From: Candidatus Fraserbacteria bacterium
Lineage (GTDB): Bacteria > Bipolaricaulota > Bipolaricaulia > RBG-16-55-9 > DRXL01
NCBI GenBank assembly: GCA_947085185.1
Contig: CAMTVK010000002.1
Coordinates: forward strand, 160,001-224,000
Length of the DNA stretch: 64,000 nucleotides
Reading direction: 5' to 3'
The position numbers and the translations under genes were made by a program. The notes beneath the pieces were generated by a model that made no database searches, was not told where the DNA came from, and saw only the letters and a program-made list of their open reading frames with translations. Every line of letters starts with the position of its first letter. Position 1 is the stretch's first letter. Positions 40,208 through 51,897 of this stretch are shown here, piece after piece.

Positions 40208-41263
40208 ATGCGAACTTCGATCATCGTGCTCATGTTGCTGGCGGTGCTCTCTGTGGGGGCTTCAAAAACAGTGATCGTGAGCGTTCCTCCCATCAAGGGG
40301 GTGTGGTACATCGGGCTGGAGCGGGACTCCTACGCCACTGCGGCGGTGGCCACGGAGATGCGCACCCTCAAAGATCGCTTGAATATCAATCATATAGTGC
40401 TCACGATCCCAGTCTTTCAGAAGGATCTACGGGCGACCACCCCAACTGGAGACCCCACGCGCACCCCCTCCGATGCCGTGATGCGCAACGCTATCGAGCA
40501 AGCGCACAAGGTAGGCCTTGGCGTCGTCCTCATTCCCTATCTCTTGGTAGATGATGGAGAGTGGGTCGGGAATTTAGCGCCGACAAACGTGAGTCAATGG
40601 TTTCAGAACTGGCGGGCTGTCCTGCGGCACTACGCCCAGCTCGCGCAACAGGCCAACGTTGAGATATTTCTGTTAGGCTGGGAGTTCGTCACGATGCAGA
40701 AGTACCACGCTGAGTGGGAGCGCACTATTTTGGAGATGCGCTCGCTCTATCGTGGGCGTCTGTCGTACTTGACCAACTGGTGGTGGGACCGCGCGACGTA
40801 TGCCAATGTCCTCGAGTGGAGGCCGTGGGAGCTGTTAGATTTTATTGGGATCAGCGCGTTCTTCGAGCTAACGCGCAAGAGCAACCCCACCGTAGACGAG
40901 TTGCAGCGCGCTTGGAGCGCCGATGCCTACGGACAGAATATCATTGAAGATCTAGAGCGCCTGAGCGCGCAATATCGGCGCTGTGTGGTCTTCCTTGAGT
41001 TGGGCTATGAGAGCAAGGACGGGGCCAACACGGAGCCGTGGAACTTCTTTCGAGTAGCTCCCCCAGACGAAGGCGAGCAACGGGACGCATTTCAGGCAGC
41101 GTTGCGGGCGCTCTCGGACAGACCATGGTTCGAGGGATACTCGGTTTGGGCGGAGCAGGTGGGGCTTCCGCGCAGCGCCACAGGCTACGATGTGCTCACC
41201 AAGCCTGCCGCTGAGGTCATCCGTGCACACACCATGACTTCCAAGTCTTGCCCACGTCCTTAA
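40208..41263 (+). CDS. Exported glycoside hydrolase, GH113-like TIM barrel
   Basis: Signal peptide; AHKVGLGV, HYAQLA, GWEF, LDFIGISAF, FLELGY, EQRDAF. Confidence 0.75.
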   Translation: MRTSIIVLMLLAVLSVGASKTVIVSVPPIKGVWYIGLERDSYATAAVATEMRTLKDRLNINHIVLTIPVFQKDLRATTPTGDPTRTPSDAVMRNAIEQAHKVGLGVVLIPYLLVDDGEWVGNLAPTNVSQWFQNWRAVLRHYAQLAQQANVEIFLLGWEFVTMQKYHAEWERTILEMRSLYRGRLSYLTNWWWDRATYANVLEWRPWELLDFIGISAFFELTRKSNPTVDELQRAWSADAYGQNIIEDLERLSAQYRRCVVFLELGYESKDGANTEPWNFFRVAPPDEGEQRDAFQAALRALSDRPWFEGYSVWAEQVGLPRSATGYDVLTKPAAEVIRAHTMTSKSCPRP

Positions 41264-41958
41264 CGCATCTCCAATCCGGGGATCTTCAGCTTGTGCTCGA
41301 CTATATCTAAGAGCTTCGAGATGACGAGCACACAGACAAGATAGATAAAAGCAATGATGAGAAAGACTTCAAAGTAGCGAAAATTTCGCGAGGCGATGAT
41401 CTGCCCTGTGGCCGTCAGCTCTGGCGTCCCAATGATGAACGCCACCGATGAGTACTTCAGCGTGTAAATCAGCTCATTCGACCACGGTGGGATAACTATT
41501 CGTAATGCCTGCGGCAGGATGACATAGCGAATCGCTTGGAGGTTGGTCATGCCCAGGGAGCGAGCCGCGAGCATCTGCCCCCGACTAATAGACTGAATCG
41601 CCCCGCGAAAATATTCGGCTTGGTAGGCAGCGCTGTTGAGCCCTAGCCCAAGGATCGCCGCGGTGAGCGAATCGAGCCGAATCTCAAAGACCGGCAGCCC
41701 ATAATAGATCAGAAAGAGCTGCACCAACACCGGCGTCCCCCGCACAAACTGCACATACGCCGTGCTCACCCCATAGATGAACGCGTTTCCATAGACGCGC
41801 CCCAACGCGAAGAGAACCCCGCCCACCAGCCCCAGCCCAACGGCCAGCACCGTTAACTGAAAGGTCGTCGCCAGCCCCTGCAGCAATCGAGGGGCTATGT
41901 CGCATGCCAGCCGAAGAAAACTTCCATCAGCAAACGTCTGACAGAACGGCATCATCAT
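41260..41958 (-). CDS. Polar amino acid ABC transporter permease
   Basis: [24 protein letters not shown]. Confidence 0.93.
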   Translation of the reverse strand: MMMPFCQTFADGSFLRLACDIAPRLLQGLATTFQLTVLAVGLGLVGGVLFALGRVYGNAFIYGVSTAYVQFVRGTPVLVQLFLIYYGLPVFEIRLDSLTAAILGLGLNSAAYQAEYFRGAIQSISRGQMLAARSLGMTNLQAIRYVILPQALRIVIPPWSNELIYTLKYSSVAFIIGTPELTATGQIIASRNFRYFEVFLIIAFIYLVCVLVISKLLDIVEHKLKIPGLEMR

Positions 41959-42719
41959 GAGCTCCCATACAGCTCACTGATCTTGCCCAAGAACTGCTTT
42001 GTGCGCGGCTGTTGGGGATTGAGAAAGACTTGCTCCGGCGGCCCTTGCTCGACGATCACGCCCTTCTCCATAAAAATCACTTCGTCGCAGACCGAGCGAG
42101 CAAACCCCATCTCGTGCGTGACGACCACCATCGTCATGCCCTCTTCGGCTAGGTCTTGCATCACTTGTAAAACTTCGCCGATGAGCTCTGGGTCGAGGGC
42201 GCTGGTCGGCTCATCAAAGAGCATCAATTTGGGTTCCATCGCCAAGGCCCGTGCGATGGAGACCCGCTGTTGTTGCCCCCCAGAGAGCTGTGCCGGGTAG
42301 GCGTGAGCTTTTTCAGCCAAGCCGACGCGCGCCAGCTCGTGCATCGCTCGATCTGTCGCTTCTTGCTTGGAGAGCCCTTTCACTTTCATCAGCCCCAAAC
42401 GTACGTTATCTAACGCCGTCAGGTGCGCAAAGAGATTGAAGTCTTGGAAGACAAACCCGATCTGTTGCCGAATTCTGTTGATATCTGTCTGAGGGCTCGT
42501 GATCTCTATATTTTCTAACCAGATGCGCCCGCGATCGGGCTCAGTCAGTCTATTGATACAGCGCAGAAGCGTGCTCTTGCCTGTCCCCGACGGCCCAATA
42601 ATTGCTAGCGCCTCCCCATAGCGCACGGTGAACGAGACCCCTTTTAAGACTTCTTCGTTTCCGTAGCGCTTGTGCAGGTCTTCCACACGAACGACGATCG
42701 GCTCACAGGACACGGCCAT
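41955..42719 (-). CDS. Polar amino acid ABC transporter ATP-binding protein (GlnQ-like)
   Basis: [36 protein letters not shown]. Confidence 0.95.
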   Translation of the reverse strand: MAVSCEPIVVRVEDLHKRYGNEEVLKGVSFTVRYGEALAIIGPSGTGKSTLLRCINRLTEPDRGRIWLENIEITSPQTDINRIRQQIGFVFQDFNLFAHLTALDNVRLGLMKVKGLSKQEATDRAMHELARVGLAEKAHAYPAQLSGGQQQRVSIARALAMEPKLMLFDEPTSALDPELIGEVLQVMQDLAEEGMTMVVVTHEMGFARSVCDEVIFMEKGVIVEQGPPEQVFLNPQQPRTKQFLGKISELYGSS

Positions 42720-43413
42720 GCTCCTCCCGACGCTGCCCCGTCAAGCCGGGCACTCCCCAGCGGCGCTCACCCCATTCTAACAGCCACGTGCCCAGATACG
42801 TTAACACTAAGTAGATCAGAGCTACGGTGATGAAGACGAGGAAGACTTCGCGAGTGCGCTGCATGATCTGCCACCCTTGCCGCGTGAGCTCTGTCACCCC
42901 GATAGCGAAGACGAACGACGTATCTTTGAGCACTCCCGAGTATTCATTGGACCATCCGGGGATAGCCAAGCGCAATGCCTGGGGGAGCACAATATAGCGA
43001 AGGGCTTGGAGGCGCGTCATCCCCAACGCCCGCGCGGCCAGAAGCTGCCCCGGCTTGATCGCCTGGATCGCCCCACGAAAGATCTGCGACTGATAAGCCG
43101 AAGAGTGCACGCCAAAGACGAGCACAGCTACAGCAAAAGCCGGCCAACGCAGCCAGTCCCATTGATACGCATTTGCCAGAAACGCCAGCCCATAGTTGAC
43201 CACGATCAGCAGGATCAAGATGGGCATCGCCCGAAAGAACCGTTCATAGCCAGAACAGATATAAACAAGCGGGCGCGGGCCGTAGACCTGCCCCAGCGCG
43301 ACCAGAACCCCCAACACCAATCCCACGGCTAAGAGACTGACTGTCAGCTCAAGGGTGACCAGGGTGCCAGCAAGCAACAGACGCCACGTATCCCAATTGA
43401 GGATGACCGACAC
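42703..43413 (-). CDS. Polar amino acid ABC transporter permease
   Basis: [22 protein letters not shown]. Confidence 0.92.
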   Translation of the reverse strand: MSVILNWDTWRLLLAGTLVTLELTVSLLAVGLVLGVLVALGQVYGPRPLVYICSGYERFFRAMPILILLIVVNYGLAFLANAYQWDWLRWPAFAVAVLVFGVHSSAYQSQIFRGAIQAIKPGQLLAARALGMTRLQALRYIVLPQALRLAIPGWSNEYSGVLKDTSFVFAIGVTELTRQGWQIMQRTREVFLVFITVALIYLVLTYLGTWLLEWGERRWGVPGLTGQRREEHGRVL

Positions 43414-43486
43414 GACTCCCTCACAAAGAGCACGAGGGTGCGCCCGATGGAGCGCACCCCCGCGTCACTCTACGAGCCCATGGAGA

Positions 43487-44380
43487 CTACGGCTTCTTAT
43501 AAGGCTCCCCAGCCATGCATGCTGCCATGTTCTCGGCATAGGCCTCCGGCTGGTTCTTGTCAAGATATCCCTTCAGGTCCGCCCAACACTGCGTGACCCG
43601 CTCTAAGTTCACATCCACACCGAAGTAGGCCTCGACTAAGTTATTCCAGATGCCCTTCTTCTTCATCTCCTTCATGCCGTCGTTGATCTTGGGGAGGAGC
43701 TTGTTAGGATCGCCCTTGCGCACGAGAAATCCAAATTGCTCCTCGGTGATGATGATCCCCGCGATCTTGAGCACGCCCTTAGAAGCCTTGACGGCGACCT
43801 TGGCCGCAGGCTCGTCCTCAACGACCGCGTGAATCTGTTTATTAATCAAATCTTGCTCGGCCAAGGGATACGTCTCATAGAGCTTGAGCTCGACCTTGAT
43901 CCCCTGTTTGATGATGTTATCTTCGACCCACTGGGCCCCGGTGGTGCCGCGCTGCGCCCCGATCTTGTTGCCCGCTTTGAACGCCGTGATGATATTAAGC
44001 CCAGAGTCAGCGCGGATGAGCACGGACTGATTGGACTCCCAATACGGGTCGGAGAAATCTACGACCTGAGCGCGCTCTTTGGTAATCGTGAACCCTGAGG
44101 CACCGATGTCGCACTGGCCCGCCTGGACTGCCGGGATGATCGAATCGAAGCTGAGATTCTGAATGGTGATCTTATAGCCCTTCAGGATCGCGATGATGCG
44201 CATCACATCGAGATCGAACCCGACGAACTCCCCCTTGGCGTCCGTCCATTCAAACGGCGGCCAGGAGATGTCCGAGCAGACCTTGAAGACTTGGGTCTGC
44301 GCCTGCGGAACAAGCCCTCCAATCCCCAACGCCAACACCAACACGCCGACGACCACCAACCATCTGACGATCGCTCGCAT
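43487..44380 (-). CDS. Polar amino acid ABC transporter substrate-binding protein
   Basis: Signal peptide; WPPFE, GFDLD, ITKERAQVVDFSDPY, QRGTTG; AAGGAGG RBS. Confidence 0.93.
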   Translation of the reverse strand: MRAIVRWLVVVGVLVLALGIGGLVPQAQTQVFKVCSDISWPPFEWTDAKGEFVGFDLDVMRIIAILKGYKITIQNLSFDSIIPAVQAGQCDIGASGFTITKERAQVVDFSDPYWESNQSVLIRADSGLNIITAFKAGNKIGAQRGTTGAQWVEDNIIKQGIKVELKLYETYPLAEQDLINKQIHAVVEDEPAAKVAVKASKGVLKIAGIIITEEQFGFLVRKGDPNKLLPKINDGMKEMKKKGIWNNLVEAYFGVDVNLERVTQCWADLKGYLDKNQPEAYAENMAACMAGEPYKKP

Positions 44381-44406
44381 AGCATACGCCTCCTTTTCAG
44401 AGCTGA

Positions 44407-44469
44407 TTATACTCATGGAGATTGCTGGAGTCAATACTCCTTGACGCCCTTGGTCTCATTGGGTATGAT
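44407..44469. promoter_or_regulatory. Back-to-back sigma70 promoters
   Basis: Minus strand TTGACT(44435)-17-TATAAT(44412); plus strand TTGACG(44441)-17-TATGAT(44464). Confidence 0.6.
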
Positions 44470-44501
44470 ACTCACTACGACGACCGGAAGGAGAGAAGAC
44501 T

Positions 44502-45293
44502 ATGCGCTTCAGATTTGCGCTTGTTTTATCTCTTGTGCTTGGCGGGCTGGCGCTTGTGGGCGCGGCGCAGCACCAACTTCAGACGGGCACCTGCGAGCAG
44601 ATCTCCACAGAGTTTGGGATCGCTATTATTTCGGAGAACACACGGGATTTCGACAGCGTCGAATGCGCGACGCTCTATGCGATCTTGCGCTCGTTGCCAG
44701 ATCGTCTGAGCCGCGCCCTGACCACCATCAAGCGTCTCCCCAGAGACCCTCATGCCGCCGGGCGCGCCTACGGCTCGACCATCGAGCTCTACGACGGCCT
44801 CAACTGTGATACTATCCCAAACTGCAAAGATTTCATGGTCGTGGTCTTCCACGAGATCGCGCATGTCGTGCACTTTCGCGTGTTTACGCCCCAGCAAGTC
44901 CAAGCGTATCGGCAGCTCTACAGGCGATCTGGGTCCGATCCGGGGAATTTTATCGGCCCATTGCTTCGTGGGCGGCGCTACGCCACCACCAACGAATATG
45001 AAGACTTCGCTGAACTCTTTGCAGCGTATACTGAAGATAGCACTCGCGTCGTCAACTTCGTGCGCGACCGCCTCTCCAAGAACGAGACGATTCTCTTTGA
45101 AAAGCTCAAAATTCTCTTCGATGTGCTGATGGGGCAGAGCCAACCCCCATCTGTTTTCGTCTATCGCAGCGAGGTCTGGGACGGCGCGATGCCCGATGGG
45201 AGCTTCCGTGGGGTGGTGCGCCGCGCGCTGCTGCCCCGCGACGTCCAGGGGCTGCCGAGTATCCCCAGCGAGCCCGATTGGGAAGATTTTTAA
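44502..45293 (+). CDS. Secreted putative zinc metallopeptidase (gluzincin-like)
   Basis: Signal peptide; HEIAH and downstream YATTNEYEDFAE. Confidence 0.7.
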   Translation: MRFRFALVLSLVLGGLALVGAAQHQLQTGTCEQISTEFGIAIISENTRDFDSVECATLYAILRSLPDRLSRALTTIKRLPRDPHAAGRAYGSTIELYDGLNCDTIPNCKDFMVVVFHEIAHVVHFRVFTPQQVQAYRQLYRRSGSDPGNFIGPLLRGRRYATTNEYEDFAELFAAYTEDSTRVVNFVRDRLSKNETILFEKLKILFDVLMGQSQPPSVFVYRSEVWDGAMPDGSFRGVVRRALLPRDVQGLPSIPSEPDWEDF

Positions 45294-45383
45294 CGGAGAT
45301 AGCTCATAATTCCCTTGCCCACACCCACAAACGCCAGCGCCACTACGGTGGAAACGCACACCAAGCAAAGGAGTGAAGTTTTT

Positions 45384-48068
45384 ATGAAGATTTCTGAGGC
45401 TGCGCGCCAAAGCTTCTCATATGATGGCGGCCAAGTCGTGCTCTATCGGCTTGACTTGATAGAGAGACTGGGGATTGGGAGGATCTCCCGGCTGCCCTTC
45501 TCACTGAAAGTCTTGCTCGAGTCTCTCTTGAGAAACTGCGACGGGCGCGTCATCACCGAGGAAGACGTGACGGCGCTGGCCCAATGGAATCCCAAGACTG
45601 GACGAGAGATCCCATTCACGCCCGCGCGGGTGCTGCTCCAAGATTTCACGGGGGTTCCAACTCTCGTTGATCTTGCGGCGATGCGCTCGGCGGTGAAGCG
45701 CCTGGGGGGAGACCCCAAAAAGATCAATCCCCTCGTCCCTGTGGACTTAGTGATCGATCACTCTGTGCAAGTAGATGACTTTGGATCGCGGCTGGCGCTG
45801 CAGCGCAATGCCCAGATCGAGTTTGAGAGAAATCGAGAGCGCTATGAGTTTCTCCGGTGGGGCCAGAAAGCATTTGAGAACTTCCGCGTCGTCCCTCCAT
45901 CTACGGGGATTGTTCATCAAGTCAATTTAGAATTCTTAGCTCAGGTCGTGATGACGCGTACTCAGAATTCGGAGATCGTCGCGTTCCCTGATACGCTTGT
46001 GGGCACGGACTCCCATACGACGATGATCAACGGGCTTGGGGTCTTGGGGTGGGGGGTAGGGGGCATCGAAGCCGAAGCGTGTATGCTCGGCCAACCCCTC
46101 TATATTGTTACTCCCGAAGTGATCGGGTTTAAGCTCACCGGAAGACTGCGCGAGGGCGTCACCGCTACTGATCTTGTGCTGACCGTCACGCAGATGCTGC
46201 GCAAGAAGGGCGTCGTAGATAAATTCGTCGAGTTCTACGGAGAAGGGCTGTCGCAGCTGGCCCTTCCCGACCGGGCGACGATTGCCAACATGGCCCCCGA
46301 GTATGGAGCGACATGCGGCTTCTTCCCTGTGGACGACGAGACCATACGATATCTGAGACAGACGGGGCGCCCCAAAGAACTCATAGATCTTGTCGAGCGC
46401 TACTGCAAAGAGCAAGGGCTCTTCAGAACAGCCCAGACGCCCGATCCCCTCTTTACCGATACGCTCGAGCTTAGGCTCGAAGACGTCGAGCCCAGCGTTG
46501 CCGGACCCAAGCGCCCCCAAGATCGTATCAGGCTATGGGATGTCAAGCGGGAATTTCGCAGAGCTTTAACAGCGCCCCTCAGGGAGCGCGGCTATGAGCT
46601 CAGTCCCGATGTGTTAGCGTCTCTCAAAAAGAACGGGCTCACTCACGGCTCTGTAGTCATCGCTGCGATCACGTCGTGCACGAATACGTCCAATCCGTCG
46701 GTGATGATCGCCGCGGGGCTCTTAGCGAAGAAGGCCGTCGAGCGCGGCCTAAGAGTCCCTGACCATGTGAAGACGAGCTTAGCCCCCGGCTCGAAAGTCG
46801 TCACGGAATACCTACAGAAGTCAGGGCTTTTGAGCTATCTGGAAGAGCTTGGGTTTTATGTGGTGGGCTACGGCTGCACGACATGCATTGGCAACAGCGG
46901 CCCACTGCCTGAGCCCGTGGCCAAAGAGATCACCGCAAAGAATCTCGTGGCAGCTGCGGTGCTGTCGGGCAACAGAAACTTTGAGGGGCGCATCCATCCG
47001 TTGGTGCGCGCGAACTTCTTAGCATCACCGCCGTTAGTAGTTGCGTATGCGCTCGCGGGCACAGTAGACATAGACTTTTCTTGTGAGCCCATAGGATGTG
47101 ACAGAGCCGGAAACCCCGTCTATCTCAAAGAGATCTGGCCCTCCTCGCATGAGGTCCATGAGATCATGGCGCGGTCCATAGACCCAGAGATGTTCAAGAA
47201 GACCTACGCGAACGTCTTCGACGGCAGCCCTCACTGGAACGCGCTGACAGTTCCAGAGGGTGAGCTCTATCGCTTTGATCCCAAGTCGACGTATATTCAA
47301 GAGCCCCCGTACTTCAAAGAATTTTCGTGGACGCCCAAGCCCCTGCGCGACATCCTCGGGGCGCGGGTCCTCGTGATGCTAGGGGATTCAGTGACGACCG
47401 ATCACATCTCGCCGGCGGGGGATATTCCCCTCGACAGCCCGGCGGGGAGATATCTGCGCGAGCGAGGCATCGAGAAGAGAGACTTTAACTCGTACGGGTC
47501 GCGTCGGGGCAACCACGAAGTCATGATGCGCGGGACGTTTGCCAACGTGCGCTTGAAGAATCTCTTAGTCCCCGGAGTCGAGGGCGGCGTGACGGTGCAC
47601 TTCCCCAGCGGCGCGAGGATGCCCATCTATGATGCGGCGATGCGCTATCAAGCTGAGCGCGTGCCCTTAGTGGTGCTGGCGGGCAAGGAATACGGGACGG
47701 GCAGCTCTCGGGACTGGGCGGCCAAGGGTCCGGCGCTCTTGGGGGTCAAAGCGATTATAGCTGAGAGCTTTGAGCGCATCCATCGCTCAAACTTAGTGGG
47801 GATGGGCGTGCTGCCGTTGCAGTATCTGGAGGGGCAGAATGCGGAGAAGTTGGGGCTGACGGGGCAGGAGCTCTTTGACATTGTGGGCATCTCTCAGATT
47901 GAGAGGCCCAGACAGGAGCTCATAGTTCGTGTGCGCAAGCCCGACGGGAGCGTGACGGAGTTCGGGGTGAGAGCGCGGCTGGACATGCCCATCGAGGTCG
48001 AGTACTACAAGAACGGCGGGATTTTACAGACGGTGTTGAGGCAGTTGCTCTCGTGGGTAGTGTTATGA
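45384..48068 (+). CDS. acnA: Aconitate hydratase A
   Basis: [60 protein letters not shown]. Confidence 0.97.
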   Translation: MKISEAARQSFSYDGGQVVLYRLDLIERLGIGRISRLPFSLKVLLESLLRNCDGRVITEEDVTALAQWNPKTGREIPFTPARVLLQDFTGVPTLVDLAAMRSAVKRLGGDPKKINPLVPVDLVIDHSVQVDDFGSRLALQRNAQIEFERNRERYEFLRWGQKAFENFRVVPPSTGIVHQVNLEFLAQVVMTRTQNSEIVAFPDTLVGTDSHTTMINGLGVLGWGVGGIEAEACMLGQPLYIVTPEVIGFKLTGRLREGVTATDLVLTVTQMLRKKGVVDKFVEFYGEGLSQLALPDRATIANMAPEYGATCGFFPVDDETIRYLRQTGRPKELIDLVERYCKEQGLFRTAQTPDPLFTDTLELRLEDVEPSVAGPKRPQDRIRLWDVKREFRRALTAPLRERGYELSPDVLASLKKNGLTHGSVVIAAITSCTNTSNPSVMIAAGLLAKKAVERGLRVPDHVKTSLAPGSKVVTEYLQKSGLLSYLEELGFYVVGYGCTTCIGNSGPLPEPVAKEITAKNLVAAAVLSGNRNFEGRIHPLVRANFLASPPLVVAYALAGTVDIDFSCEPIGCDRAGNPVYLKEIWPSSHEVHEIMARSIDPEMFKKTYANVFDGSPHWNALTVPEGELYRFDPKSTYIQEPPYFKEFSWTPKPLRDILGARVLVMLGDSVTTDHISPAGDIPLDSPAGRYLRERGIEKRDFNSYGSRRGNHEVMMRGTFANVRLKNLLVPGVEGGVTVHFPSGARMPIYDAAMRYQAERVPLVVLAGKEYGTGSSRDWAAKGPALLGVKAIIAESFERIHRSNLVGMGVLPLQYLEGQNAEKLGLTGQELFDIVGISQIERPRQELIVRVRKPDGSVTEFGVRARLDMPIEVEYYKNGGILQTVLRQLLSWVVL

Positions 48069-49987
48069 CCAGACCTGTAGAATTTATACCTCCAGGTAAA
48101 ATCCGTTGCTACATCACAGGCAAGCTGCGCAATGAAACGCCAGAGGAGCATGTGCGCCAGCGAATCGCCCGTAGCTTGGTAGAAGAGTATGGTTATCCCA
48201 AGGAAGACCTTGGCATTGATAGACGCGAGACTCGCATCATCATGGGGCGAGCCAAAAAATACGCGGATCTTGTCATCTTCGCCCACGGCAAGGAACACAA
48301 GCAAGAGAACGCGATTATCATCTGTGAAACTAAGCGCGAGGATGTAAAGCCAACTGACCGAGAAAATGGAGTAGATCAGTTAAAATCGTATCTAGCTGCC
48401 TGCCCTAACGCTCGCTTTGGGCTGTGGGTCGGCTCTGAGCTTCAGGTTTGGGAAAAGGTTGTCGAAGCTGGGGAAGTACAATTTGCAGAAGCAGCTGATT
48501 TGCCCGCTTTTGGTGCTAAAGAATCACCACGACTGACTTTCAAAGAACTTATCCCCGCGCATGAGGGGTTGCGTGATATTTTCAAACGCTGCCATAACTA
48601 CATCTATGGCAACCAGGGCCTCCCTAAGGATCAGGCTTTTCATGAACTGCTTAAGCTCATCTTCTGTAAAGTTCATGATGAGCGGGAAACGACCAAAGAG
48701 CTGCGTTTTTCGATCACCAACGAGGAGCGCCGCTCAACCTTAGGCCAACGACGGCTCCGAGAGCGGATAAACGAGCTATTTGAGGAGGTCAAGCAAAAAT
48801 ACCCTTATATCTTCCCCAAAGATGAGCAAGTTCGCCTGGACAACCGTGTGCTTGCCTACATCGTCAGCGAGCTCCAGAAATATTCGCTGCTCCAAACGGA
48901 TGCAGATGTGAAAGGTGCTGCTTACGAGGAAATTGTTGGGGCCAACTTGCGAGGAGACCGGGGCGAGTTCTTCACGCCTCGTAACGTCTGCCGTATGGCC
49001 GTAGAAATGGTCTTTGCTACTTACCCCAAAGAACGCTGGCTGCGACTGAAAATTCTCGATCCGGCTTGTGGTACTGGTGGATTCCTCATTGCTACGATGA
49101 ACTTGCTTAAAGGAGTCCTGTTAGAACAGGAGCAAAGTCGATGGGGCATGGAGCGAGGTCGTATCGAAGCCGAGCGCCGATTAAAAGAGATCTGCGACTC
49201 AAATCTCTTTGGCATCGACCTTAACCCCATGCTGGTTCGAGCCGCGCAGATGAATCTGGTCATGCATGGAGACGGGTCTTCTAATGTCTTCCAGACCAAC
49301 TCTTTGCTGCCGTCTGGTGAATGGCCTAACGAACGGCCCAATAATGTGAGAGACAAAATTCAGCTTGGCTCATTTGACATCGTGTTTACAAATCCTCCCT
49401 TTGGCTCGCGCATTCCGATTGATGATCCTCATGTGCTTGATCAATTTGAGCTGGCACGCTGTGAAGCAGCGCAGCCCCGCTCGTCGATGCCACCAGAGCA
49501 GCTTTTCATCGAGCGCTGCTGGCAGTTCCTTAAGCCTGGTGGGCGTCTGGCGATTGTCTTGCCTGACAGCATTTTGAGCAACCCTGGCTTAGCTTTCATC
49601 CGTCGCTGGGCCTTCAAGCGTTCTCGAATCATCGCCAGCATTGACTTGCCTCAAGCGACCTTCGAGCCCTTCACCGGGACGAAGACGAGCATTTTGATCC
49701 TGCAAAAGAAGAGTGAGCAGCAAATGAAGCTGGAAGAAGCCAGCGGACAGATTGAAGATTACGAGATCTTCATGACCATCCCTGAAGCGGTTGGGCATGA
49801 CCGCCGAGGTCAGCCCGTTTATCTGCGCACACCTGAAGGCGAGATCATCTGGCAAGAAGAAACTGTGGCTGTTGTCACCCGTGAACCTGTGGGGCTAACG
49901 CTTTTAGAGCCAAAGAAGGAGCTACGGCCAGTCATTGACGACGACCTAACCGAGGGTGGCGGAGCTTTTCAAGCGTTGGGTGCGTGA
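48065..49987 (+). CDS. Restriction endonuclease-N6 DNA methyltransferase fusion (type IIB/IIG-like); C-terminus probably frameshifted, true end near 50021
   Basis: PEEHVRQ and ADLVIF..ICETK nuclease motif; [20 protein letters not shown]. Confidence 0.85.
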   Translation: MTRPVEFIPPGKIRCYITGKLRNETPEEHVRQRIARSLVEEYGYPKEDLGIDRRETRIIMGRAKKYADLVIFAHGKEHKQENAIIICETKREDVKPTDRENGVDQLKSYLAACPNARFGLWVGSELQVWEKVVEAGEVQFAEAADLPAFGAKESPRLTFKELIPAHEGLRDIFKRCHNYIYGNQGLPKDQAFHELLKLIFCKVHDERETTKELRFSITNEERRSTLGQRRLRERINELFEEVKQKYPYIFPKDEQVRLDNRVLAYIVSELQKYSLLQTDADVKGAAYEEIVGANLRGDRGEFFTPRNVCRMAVEMVFATYPKERWLRLKILDPACGTGGFLIATMNLLKGVLLEQEQSRWGMERGRIEAERRLKEICDSNLFGIDLNPMLVRAAQMNLVMHGDGSSNVFQTNSLLPSGEWPNERPNNVRDKIQLGSFDIVFTNPPFGSRIPIDDPHVLDQFELARCEAAQPRSSMPPEQLFIERCWQFLKPGGRLAIVLPDSILSNPGLAFIRRWAFKRSRIIASIDLPQATFEPFTGTKTSILILQKKSEQQMKLEEASGQIEDYEIFMTIPEAVGHDRRGQPVYLRTPEGEIIWQEETVAVVTREPVGLTLLEPKKELRPVIDDDLTEGGGAFQALGA

Positions 49988-50010
49988 GCGAAACCTGCTG
50001 GAGTGGTTCA

Positions 50011-51450
50011 ATGCTGACTGAGGCACCTTCGCTACTTGATGAGCTTACAGAACGCAAAGTTCAGCACTTCACCGTCGGCTCCCGTTGGGTACACAAAGAC
50101 GAGTTCCGCTTAGACGTTAGCTTTTATGCCGATGAAGCCTTTGCCGCTAGGCGGATCATTGCCGACAGCCATTTCGAGGTTAAGCCTTTAGGCTCTCTGG
50201 CCAGTGAAATTTTCAACCTGTCGCGGTTCAAGCGCATTTACACATTCGATCTAAGACAAGGATGGCCCTATCTGAGCGCCTCCGATGTGCTTCTGTTTCG
50301 TCCACGAGCGGAGCGCTGGATTGCTCGTTCTCAAGCGCCTTACCAAGCTTATCGTCACTTTGTCAAAGAGGGATATATCTTGGTTTCATGCTCCGGTTCC
50401 GTCGGGCGCTGCGTGCTGACAACGAAACGCTTAGAGCCATATTTTCTCACCCATGACTTAATTCGAATCGTACTCCAGATCCGTAGTGGCTATCTTTACG
50501 CCTTCCTATCATCATGGCTTGGACAGGCGCTCTTGCAAAAAGACCAATACGGCTCTACTGTTCAACACTTAGAGCCCCAGCACGTCGAGTCTATCCCCGT
50601 TCCACTCTTACCCGAAGAAGAACAACAGTGGATTCATGAACGGGTGATGGAAGCTTATAAACTGCGGGATGAGGCGAATGATTTGCTGGACAAAGCTGAA
50701 GAACTCCTTTACAGCGAGCTGGGCCTGCCACGTTTTGATGAGAGCAAAGCTCTCTATCTTGGGGGCTCAAAGCCTAAGGCATTCACCGTGCGTGCTTCAG
50801 AGCTAGGGGGACGCTTTGATGCTTCTTTCCATGTGCCAATTGCAAAGGCAGCCATCGAGCAAATGAAGCAAGGCAAATATCCGGTTGTACGTTTAGGCGA
50901 TGTAGCTGACCGCATTTTTATTCCGCCCCGTTTTAAGAGAATTTATGTGGCCCCAGAACATGGCGTGCCCTTCCTGCAAAGTTCTCACATTCCGATGATC
51001 AAGCCGTTTGATCTAAAGTTCATTTCACAGCGAGCGAACGAAAAGCAAATTAAGGAGTGCCTTATTCATAAGAGCTGGCTTTTAATCACTCGTTCAGGCA
51101 CCGTCGGACGAGTGATGCTTACACCGCAGGCTTTAGATGGTTGGGCTGCCTCAGAGCATTGCCTTCGTCTTATTGCCAATCCGCAAAAGAGCCACCCAGG
51201 TTACTTGGCTGCTTTTTTGATGACACCTTATGGACAACATCAATTGACAAGCAAAATTTATGGTGGGGTTGTGGATGAGCTCACTGAAGACGATACAGCT
51301 CATGTTCTTCTTCCCAACGCGCCTCTTGCAGTTCAAGAGAAAATTGGAGCTTTCGTGGTTGAAGCCTTTGAGAAGAAGGAGCAAGCGAATGCAATTGAAC
51401 AAGAGGCAATTGTACGGCTGGAGAATATACTAGAAGGTGGGCAACGATAA
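50011..51450 (+). CDS. Restriction-modification specificity (HsdS-like) subunit
   Basis: Two TRD-like halves (RLDVSFY / RFDASFH; SGSVGR / SGTVGR; YLYAFL / YLAAFL; PEEEQ / PLAVQEKI); follows the methyltransferase. Confidence 0.82.
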   Translation: MLTEAPSLLDELTERKVQHFTVGSRWVHKDEFRLDVSFYADEAFAARRIIADSHFEVKPLGSLASEIFNLSRFKRIYTFDLRQGWPYLSASDVLLFRPRAERWIARSQAPYQAYRHFVKEGYILVSCSGSVGRCVLTTKRLEPYFLTHDLIRIVLQIRSGYLYAFLSSWLGQALLQKDQYGSTVQHLEPQHVESIPVPLLPEEEQQWIHERVMEAYKLRDEANDLLDKAEELLYSELGLPRFDESKALYLGGSKPKAFTVRASELGGRFDASFHVPIAKAAIEQMKQGKYPVVRLGDVADRIFIPPRFKRIYVAPEHGVPFLQSSHIPMIKPFDLKFISQRANEKQIKECLIHKSWLLITRSGTVGRVMLTPQALDGWAASEHCLRLIANPQKSHPGYLAAFLMTPYGQHQLTSKIYGGVVDELTEDDTAHVLLPNAPLAVQEKIGAFVVEAFEKKEQANAIEQEAIVRLENILEGGQR

Positions 51451-51454
51451 CATT

Positions 51455-51841
51455 ATGGCATCATGGAAAACTCAACGACGAAAGGTACGACAGCGCGATG
51501 GTAACCAATGCCAGATTTGCGGTGACACACCTGATTCACCTTACACTCAGTTGCATGTTCATCATATCATTCCCCGTGTTGATGGAGGTACAGATGAGTT
51601 AGATAATCTTGTGACCCTCTGTGACCTATGTCATGCCATCTGCCATTGGCACATGGGACCAGCGTGGTGCGGCTTGCCCAAATTATCGCTTGAGCAGAAG
51701 GAAAAGGCAAGAACCACGCTCACGCAGGCACGACAGGAGTTTAACGAGTTCCTGATGCTCCCCTGGCCCAAGCGGCACGCGATTCAAGAAAAGATTTGGG
51801 CAAAGTGGGGTGTAGCACGTCAGACAGGAAGCAGGATGTAA
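51455..51841 (+). CDS. HNH endonuclease
   Basis: RDGNQCQICG, LHVHHIIP, GGTDELDNLVTLCDLCH. Confidence 0.88.
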   Translation: MASWKTQRRKVRQRDGNQCQICGDTPDSPYTQLHVHHIIPRVDGGTDELDNLVTLCDLCHAICHWHMGPAWCGLPKLSLEQKEKARTTLTQARQEFNEFLMLPWPKRHAIQEKIWAKWGVARQTGSRM

Positions 51842-51852
51842 TGTAGAAGTGA

Positions 51853-51897
51853 GCTGGTGCGGGCGCGGCTGGAGAAGGCGAGGAGCGTGTAACGATG
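51853..51897 (+). repeat. 45-bp direct repeat, copy 1 (stop-RBS-ATG junction)
   Basis: GCTGGTGCGGGCGCGGCTGGAGAAGGCGAGGAGCGTGTAACGATG, identical to 53762-53806. Confidence 0.92.

Noticed and set aside
44526..45410. 294-aa antisense ORF
   Set aside because: The opposite strand has the promoter, RBS, signal peptide and HExxH motif
48065..51450. Complete type I R-M system
   Set aside because: No HsdR helicase gene; the nuclease motif is fused to the methyltransferase
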